NCBI GenBank assembly: GCA_016192455.1
Contig: JACPUC010000026.1
Coordinates: 142,902-198,820, forward strand
Source: Candidatus Tectimicrobiota bacterium
GTDB lineage: Bacteria > JACPUC01
Direction of reading: 5' to 3'
DNA length: 55,919 nt
The number at the start of each line of letters is the position of its first letter. The first letter of the stretch is position 1. The position numbers and the translations under genes are program-made. The notes below the pieces were generated by a model. It did no database searches. It was not told where the DNA came from and was given only the letters and a program-made list of their open reading frames with translations. This document shows, piece by piece, positions 49,926 to 55,919 of this stretch.

Positions 49926-50510
49926 ATGGAGATGCCGCGCAGCAACCTTCCACACCCGCAGCCGCTCGCCGGCTGGACCGGGAATCCCCTGCAAGGTGTT
50001 CCGCCGCCTCGTTACGCCTCACCCTACGCCGCCGGCGCCGCCCTTGGCGGCGTCCTCCTCCTCACCTTCCTGGTGATGGGGCATGGGCTGGGCGCCTCCG
50101 GCGCGTTCGCCCGCCTCGGCGTGGCCCTGCTCGGCTTGGCGGCGCCCGCGGCAACGAAGGCGCACGCCTACTTTTCGCTCTACCTCTCTCCGGACCGCTC
50201 CACCCTGAATGCCTGGATCGTCTATGAGGTAGTCGGCGTTCTCGTCGGCGCGTTCGTCAGCGGCCTGCTTGCCCGCCGCCTGAGGTGGGAGGCGGTACGC
50301 AGCCCCAACGCGCACCGCAGGCTGCGTCTGCCGCTGGCCCTGGTCGGCGGCGTCCTCGTCGGCTTCGCGGCGCGCCTGGCCGGCGGCTGCACGAGCGGCA
50401 TCGGCCTCTCCGGAGGCGCCGTCCTGGCGCTTGCCGGCTGGCTCTTCATCCTCTGTTTCTTCGCCGGCGGCTACCTTGCGGCCGCCGCGGTGCGGAGGGA
50501 ATGGCAATGA
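49926..50510 (+). CDS. YeeE/YedE (TsuA) sulfur-compound transporter family, half 1
   Basis: PYAAGAALG, GLGASG, GG.LVGFAARLAGGCTSG.GLSG. Confidence 0.88.
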   Translation: MEMPRSNLPHPQPLAGWTGNPLQGVPPPRYASPYAAGAALGGVLLLTFLVMGHGLGASGAFARLGVALLGLAAPAATKAHAYFSLYLSPDRSTLNAWIVYEVVGVLVGAFVSGLLARRLRWEAVRSPNAHRRLRLPLALVGGVLVGFAARLAGGCTSGIGLSGGAVLALAGWLFILCFFAGGYLAAAAVRREWQ

Positions 50511-51109
50511 TGCCCCTGACCTCGCTGAACTTCTTCTCCCCCTGGCTGGCAACCCCGGCCGCCCTCCTCCTCGGCTTCGGCTTCGGCTTCTGGCTGGAAC
50601 GCGGCGGCCTCGGCAACGCCCGCAAGCTCACCGGCATGTTCTACTTGACCGATTTCGTCGTCGTGCGGGTCATGTTCAGCGCCGTGGTGGTCGCCGCCTT
50701 TGGTCTGGCCCTCTTCCAGGCGCTGGGCATTCTCGACCTGAAGCTGGTCTACCTCCCCCCCCTGGCACTCGGCGGCATCATCATCGGCGGCCTGCTCATG
50801 GGTATCGGGTTCGTCACCGGCGGGTATTGACCGGGAACCTCGGCCGCGGGCGCGGCCACGGGGAAGTGGGATGCCCTGGTGTTTATCGTGGGGATGGTGC
50901 TCGGGGTGTGGGGGTACGGCGCCGGCTATGCGCTCTTCGGGCCGCTGGGAGAGGCGGGTGATCTCGGCGTCATCACGCTGCAGGGCTTGCTGGGACTACC
51001 GACTCTGGTCGTGGTGGTGGCGGCGGCGGCCCTCGCCCTGGTTCTCTTCTGGCTCAGCGCGCGCCTCGAGCGCCCCGCCCGGCAGGAGAAACTCCCTGTC
51101 CAGCAGTAG
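50507..51109 (+). CDS. YeeE/YedE family transporter half 2, probable selenoprotein (Sec at TGA 50828-50830)
   Basis: ATGA overlap with half 1. GFGFGFWLERGG...D..V.RVMFSA...GG.LMGIGFVTGGY-TGA-PGTSAAGAATG.WDALVF continues in frame to TAG 51107-09, giving about 200 aa. Confidence 0.85.
50838..50863 (+). promoter_or_regulatory. bacterial SECIS-like hairpin
   Basis: GGCCGC(50842-47)-GGGC loop-GCGGCC(50852-57), extendable by CCTC/GGGG. The loop starts with G, 17 nt after the UGA. Confidence 0.65.
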
Positions 51110-51281
51110 ACTTTGCCGCCGCCGGGTGGTCATTTCAAGGGACTACGGCGAGGAGTTGGGGCTCCTCCGCGGAGAAATCGTGATTGCAAAGCTCCCCCCA
51201 CCTCGGACGTGGGTGCAGCGAGGTGTTCAATCGTCAGGATTTCCGCGCCGCAGTGCTCCGCCGTCGGATGGCAAGACTGGT

Positions 51282-53414
51282 CTACTCTTCCTCCACCTTC
51301 CGCACCTCGCAGAGATGCCCGATCAGCCACGAGGTTCCCTCGATGGGATCGTACGGCGGTCCGTCGGGGATAACCATGCTGATGTTGCTCTCGAAGCAGC
51401 CGTAATCGGGGGCTGGTTTCTCCGGGTACCACCAGTAGCCGTAAGCGGAAACGACGTCCGGCGGCACGTTTTCCGTCACCTTGGCTCTCTGCTTGCACCG
51501 TCCAAATCCCGTCTCGATCCAAACCCAATCACCCTCGCGGATGCCACGCTCGGCGGCGGCGCGCTGGTGAATCTCGACGGTGGCGACCGGCTTGGTTTTG
51601 CGCAGCGAGGGGGAGTGGCGCTGGCGGCTGTTGAAGAACCGTGCCTCGCGCGGGGCGATGAGCTGAAGCGGATAGGCGCGCCGAACGTCCGAACCGGGGG
51701 CGGGGCTCCGGGGCAGCTCGTGGTGCACCGGCAGGGGTTCGTAGCCGTACCGTTCAAGGAGGGTGGAATACAATTCCACCTTTCCGGTCGGGGTGTTGAA
51801 ACCGTGCTCTTCGTAAGCCTTGTACTTGATGGGAATGGCGAGCCGCCGCTGTTTCTTGAGGTCGTCGAACCTCATGTTCAGGCCGCTGACCTGAAAATCG
51901 AGAAACTCCTCGACACTGTTCCACGGGATAAAATCGTGCGGCAGAAGCTTGCGCGCCCGCATCTCCTTGGCCAGTTCAATGAAAATCTTGTTATCGTCCC
52001 AGGCTTCGCCCAGCGGCTCGATCGCCCGTTCGCTTGCCGGGATGTGCAGGGAATGCCACTCCGGTCCAATCTCCTCGCGCTCCAACCACGTAACCGCGGG
52101 GAGGAAGACGTCGGCCAGCTCCGTGGTGGGCGTCTGGAAACAGTCCACGGCAACGATGAGGTCGAGTCGGCGGAAGGCTTCCCGGACACGCTGTGGGTCG
52201 GGGGTGTTCAAGGCGTAGTTGTTGCCCGTGACGATGGCTCCCTTGACGCCGGAGTGGGCGGAGAGCATCTCGTCGATGACCAGGGAGTTATGACTGGTGG
52301 CCCCGACGCCGTTGGGACCGGTCCAGAGTGGAAACTCCCGAGCCCCGCGGGCCTCCGCCTCGATCGCTGCCGGCAGCCGCCACGCCTTGCCGAAGACCAT
52401 CTCTCCCCTGGACACGAACCCGTCAAGCCGCTTGGGGAGGAGGTTGCCTCCCTGTACGTCGATGTTCCCCGACAGGGCGACCAGCAACGTGATGCCGCGA
52501 CAGGCTTGCGTGGAGTTGGGTTTGCGGGTCAACCCATTGCGGGCAAACATGCAGGCCGGCTTGGTGGTGGCGTACAGCCGCGCCGCCTGCACCAAGCTTT
52601 CAGCCGGAACGCCGGTGATCCGTTCCACCTCACCGGGCGGGTACTTCTGAACGTGTTCCCGTAGCTGCTCGAAGCCGTAACACCAAGCCTTGACGAACGG
52701 CGTATCGTAGAGTTCTTCGTTGATGATGACGTGCATCATGCCCAGCGCCAGGGCCCCATCAGTTCCTGGCCGCACGGGCAGCCACACGTCCGCGCGCCCC
52801 GCCACCGTGGTTTTGCGCGGGTCCACGACGATGAGTTTGGCGCCCCGGTTGCACCCTTCGACGATCTTCTTCCAATAGGGGGGATGGGAAGCCTGAGGAT
52901 TGGTCCCCCACAGGAGGTAGCAGCGGCTGTGATCCAGGTCGTGATAGGCGAAGTGCGTGATCGGGCCCCCGACGGTCACATGATCCGCGACCATTCCCGG
53001 CCCTTCACACCACAGCGGCGTGGTGCTGACGATGTCGGGGCTGCCGAGCGAGCGGGTGAACAGCGTCGACATGATGCACCGGGAGGTTCCAGGGTATCCC
53101 GCGAACGCCACGATGGCTTTCGGGCCGTGTGCGCGGATGATCTGTTCGAGCCCATCGGCAACCCGCGTCAGCGCTTCGGGCCAGGTGATGCGGACCCATT
53201 TCCCTGCTTCCCGCCCGCCCTCTTTCCACAAGGGCGAGGTGACGCGCTGGGGTGAGTAGGTGACTTCGTGAGCATTCGCTCCCTTGATGCAGATGCCACC
53301 TCGATAGACGGGGTCTTCGGGGTCGCCCCTCAGCCCGCGGATGCGGCCCTCCGCAACATCCACCTCCAAATGACAATACATATAACAGTCGCTGCAAATG
53401 CTGTGGCGGATCAT
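51282..53414 (-). CDS. Mo/W-bisPGD oxidoreductase (DMSO reductase family, acetylene-hydratase-like, cytoplasmic)
   Basis: N-terminal CxxCxxxC...CIKG [4Fe-4S] motif, WGTNP, VVDPR, RPGTDGALALG, ADVFLP, FNTPTGKVEL. No TAT signal. Confidence 0.88.
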   Translation of the reverse strand: MIRHSICSDCYMYCHLEVDVAEGRIRGLRGDPEDPVYRGGICIKGANAHEVTYSPQRVTSPLWKEGGREAGKWVRITWPEALTRVADGLEQIIRAHGPKAIVAFAGYPGTSRCIMSTLFTRSLGSPDIVSTTPLWCEGPGMVADHVTVGGPITHFAYHDLDHSRCYLLWGTNPQASHPPYWKKIVEGCNRGAKLIVVDPRKTTVAGRADVWLPVRPGTDGALALGMMHVIINEELYDTPFVKAWCYGFEQLREHVQKYPPGEVERITGVPAESLVQAARLYATTKPACMFARNGLTRKPNSTQACRGITLLVALSGNIDVQGGNLLPKRLDGFVSRGEMVFGKAWRLPAAIEAEARGAREFPLWTGPNGVGATSHNSLVIDEMLSAHSGVKGAIVTGNNYALNTPDPQRVREAFRRLDLIVAVDCFQTPTTELADVFLPAVTWLEREEIGPEWHSLHIPASERAIEPLGEAWDDNKIFIELAKEMRARKLLPHDFIPWNSVEEFLDFQVSGLNMRFDDLKKQRRLAIPIKYKAYEEHGFNTPTGKVELYSTLLERYGYEPLPVHHELPRSPAPGSDVRRAYPLQLIAPREARFFNSRQRHSPSLRKTKPVATVEIHQRAAAERGIREGDWVWIETGFGRCKQRAKVTENVPPDVVSAYGYWWYPEKPAPDYGCFESNISMVIPDGPPYDPIEGTSWLIGHLCEVRKVEEE

Positions 53415-53710
53415 CCCCTGTCCTCCGTTCCGCGGCCTCCCCCCCTGCATCTTGCCTCGCCCGCAGGCACTACGTCAAACCCTTGAGCGCCGAAATCCTT
53501 CCTCAAATCATTGGTAGAGTACATCCCCTTCTCCTCACTATGTCAAGTCTAACTAATCCTCGGTACGGTTGCAGGGTGCGCATCGCTTGCGCCGGGGGCG
53601 CGCAGAGTGCTAGGCTAGAGCAACGCCGTCCTTCAACCCTGGAAGCCGCGGCACCCCCTGCCGGCATGCCGCGCATCACCCCCGCCGCCAGGCTGGAGAG
53701 GAGGATCATC

Positions 53711-54799
53711 ATGATCGAACGCTACACCGCCATGGGCTTGCAGACCAGCGTCTGGTACATCGAGACGCGCGCCGACTGCAAGCGCAACCTCGAGCATATC
53801 CTCGAGTGCATCGACTCAGCGTACTGGGTGGGCTCAACGGAGTTCCCGGTGAAGCTCATCTGCATCCCCGAGGGCGCCATCCAGGGATTCACCGACTCCA
53901 CCTTCGACTGGGAGCAGGCGAAATCCGCCCGCGAGCTCTTCTGCGAGCTGCCGGGGTGGGAAACGGACATGCTGGCCACCAAGGCCAAGGAGCTGGACAC
54001 CTACATCATGTCGCAGTTGCGGGTCAGGAAGCCGGAGTTCCCTGACTACTACTTCAACGTCGCCTTCATCATCAGCCCCCAGGGTGAGATCATCTACCAG
54101 TACCACAAGCTGCAAGTCTTCGTGGGCGAGCCCTCGACGGTGCCGCACGACGTCTGGGACAAGTGGGTGGAACTCTACGGCGAGACCATGGACGCCTTCT
54201 TCCCCGTCTGCGACACGGAGATCGGGCGCATCGGCGCGGTCATCTGCATGGACGCCTTCTTCCCGGAGACGTCGCGCGGCATGGCGATGAACGGCGCCGA
54301 GGTCCTCTACATGCCCTCCACCTACGACCCCTACGTCGGCAACGACTGGTACGAGATTCAGCGCCGCTCGCGCGCCATCGACAACTCGCTCTTCGTCATC
54401 GCGCCGAATACCGGCCAGCGCTACCTGCACAAGCACTCGGCGGCGCCGGTAGACATGTTCGGAGGCGACTCGATGATCGTGGACTACAAAGGCCAAGTCC
54501 TCTCGCGCCACCGCTCGGCCGCCGACTCTTACGTCAGCGCCGTGATCGACATCGAGGCGCTGCGCGACTGGCGCATCAACAGCCGCTTCCCGAACACCAT
54601 GAAGGACCTACGCACCGAGCAGTTCAAGCTCATCTACGAAGAGCCGGTGTTCGAGAAGAACATGGCCCTGCACAAGCCGAAGGGGCGGCGCGCCGAGCGC
54701 GAGCCGTACTTTGCGCGCAGCATCCAACGTCTGGTTGATCGCGGCATCTGGAAGCGCCCGCGCTACCAGCGCACCGACCGCACCACGCTGAAGGACTGA
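53711..54799 (+). CDS. nitrilase-superfamily carbon-nitrogen hydrolase (paralogue of 27702..28760)
   Basis: IPEGA, YHK, VICMDA triad. Shares PHDV.DKWVELYG...DAFFPV and AMNGAE with the first copy. Confidence 0.88.
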   Translation: MIERYTAMGLQTSVWYIETRADCKRNLEHILECIDSAYWVGSTEFPVKLICIPEGAIQGFTDSTFDWEQAKSARELFCELPGWETDMLATKAKELDTYIMSQLRVRKPEFPDYYFNVAFIISPQGEIIYQYHKLQVFVGEPSTVPHDVWDKWVELYGETMDAFFPVCDTEIGRIGAVICMDAFFPETSRGMAMNGAEVLYMPSTYDPYVGNDWYEIQRRSRAIDNSLFVIAPNTGQRYLHKHSAAPVDMFGGDSMIVDYKGQVLSRHRSAADSYVSAVIDIEALRDWRINSRFPNTMKDLRTEQFKLIYEEPVFEKNMALHKPKGRRAEREPYFARSIQRLVDRGIWKRPRYQRTDRTTLKD

Positions 54800-54959
54800 G
54801 CCGCGTGCCGCGCCAGCAGCGCGGCGCGCGCGGCACGTTGCCGCGGCAGAATCCCCACGGGGGAGGCGCGACGCGCCGGGCGCTTCCCCTCTCTCGATCG
54901 TAGGACGCGAACTGTCCCGCGCCAGTGGGACGGTTCTCACTAGAGAAAGGGGGTCGGCA

Positions 54960-55919
54960 ATGCGATCCCGCTGTTTCCTGTGGAATTTCCTGATCGTGGC
55001 CCTCGGTCTCGCTCTTAGCTTTGTGCCGCTACAAGCGGCTTCCGCCGCAAGCGACGAGGTGGTGATCGGCGTGCCGCTCCCGACGAGCGGCTACATGACC
55101 TACTACGGCAGCCAGCAGCTCCAGGCCACGCAGATGGCGGTCGAGGATATCAACAAGGCAGGTGGCATCAAGGGCCGCAAGCTTCGCATCATTCACTATG
55201 ACACTGCGAGTAAGCCCCAGGAGGCGATTACCGCGGTGCGCAAGCTCATTGAGCATGACAAGGTGTTGGCCCTTGCCGGTCCGCTCCTCAGCAGCTCAAC
55301 GCGGGTGGCGTTCCCGGTGGCCAACCGCGCCGGGGTGCCCATCGTCTCGTCCGCCTCCTCAGCACCCGGCATCGCCGCCGACAACCGGCCGTGGTCTTTC
55401 CGCAACACCGCCTTGGAGGCCGATACCGCCCGCCCCGCCCTCGAGTACTGGGTGAAACACTTCAAACTCAAGCGCGTGGCGATCATCGTGGATACCAAGG
55501 ACTTCGTCAGCAAGTCCTACGGCACGGAGGTGGTCCCGGCCCTGCTGAAGGAGTTCGGCGTCGAGATCGCTGATACGGTGAGCCTGCAGTCGGGTGACGT
55601 CGATTTCAGCGCCCAGGTCACCCGCGTGAAGCAGATCAACCCTGAGGGCATCGTGCTAGCGGCGCTCTACAATGAAGCGGCGGGCATCGCCCGCGAGGTG
55701 CGGCGGCAAGGCATGACCCAACCGTTCTACGGCGGCAACCCCCTTGCCGGCCCAGGCTACGTGGAGCGTGGCGGCAAGGCCGTGGAAGGCACCATCGTCG
55801 CCAGCGGCTTCTGGGCCGATGATCCGAAGCCGGAGATCGCCGCCTGGGTGAAGCGCTTCAAAGATCTCAGCCCGCAGCACTCGGCGCCACACGAGGTCGC
55901 CCTTTACCAGTACCAGACG
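54960..55919 (+). CDS. ABC transporter substrate-binding protein (branched-chain amino acid/LivJ-like); partial
   Basis: Read manually: MRSRCFLWNFLIVALGLALSFVPLQAASAA signal, VIGVPLPTSG, AVEDINKAGGIKGRKL, DFSAQV. Runs off the window end. Confidence 0.9.
   Translation, partial: MRSRCFLWNFLIVALGLALSFVPLQAASAASDEVVIGVPLPTSGYMTYYGSQQLQATQMAVEDINKAGGIKGRKLRIIHYDTASKPQEAITAVRKLIEHDKVLALAGPLLSSSTRVAFPVANRAGVPIVSSASSAPGIAADNRPWSFRNTALEADTARPALEYWVKHFKLKRVAIIVDTKDFVSKSYGTEVVPALLKEFGVEIADTVSLQSGDVDFSAQVTRVKQINPEGIVLAALYNEAAGIAREVRRQGMTQPFYGGNPLAGPGYVERGGKAVEGTIVASGFWADDPKPEIAAWVKRFKDLSPQHSAPHEVALYQYQT

Noticed and set aside
50828-50830. Nonsense mutation/pseudogene in yeeE half 2
   Set aside because: The stop falls exactly on the conserved Cys, the downstream frame is intact and a SECIS-like hairpin follows, so Sec is the better explanation.
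1-55919. CRISPR arrays, tRNA/rRNA, transposases/integrases, cobalamin or Moco riboswitches
   Set aside because: No regularly spaced repeats, RNA-gene signatures, recombinase motifs or riboswitch consensus were recognised by eye. An Rfam scan would be needed to exclude weak matches.

Overview
GC-rich bacterial chromosomal segment with dense coding. I found no rRNA, tRNA, CRISPR array or mobile element. The split F0 operon (atpZ-I-B-E) resembles the arrangement in Deltaproteobacteria-like and related lineages; this taxonomic reading is an inference. Left end: a two-gene (split) pyruvate:ferredoxin oxidoreductase and lipB. About 5.3-35.8 kb is a large catabolic island for (hetero)aromatic acids. 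It holds three xanthine-dehydrogenase-family Mo-hydroxylase large subunits (two are close, 2-furoyl-CoA dehydrogenase-like paralogues), two CoA ligases, a tandem pair of QueG/reductive-dehalogenase-like Fe-S proteins, a lactonase-type MBL, a nitrilase, a LigAB-type dioxygenase, two isochorismatase-family hydrolases, a thioesterase and an ACMSD-like decarboxylase. The right part carries recD2, an MFS, a phosphohexomutase, a degenerate HldA-like kinase, atp F0 genes, a PaaK-like ligase, trmB, a split YeeE/YedE transporter, a Mo/W-bisPGD oxidoreductase, a second nitrilase and a partial ABC binding protein. Top observations: (1) the second YeeE half has an in-frame TGA at the conserved GY-C-PGT cysteine followed by a SECIS-like hairpin, so it is probably a selenoprotein that the ORF track splits; (2) a CoA ligase plus paired cobalamin/Fe-S RdhA/QueG-like proteins sit divergently from an HmfABC-like hydroxylase, a candidate undescribed catabolic system; (3) a sigma-54 promoter motif is followed directly by a roughly 110-nt multi-stem element.
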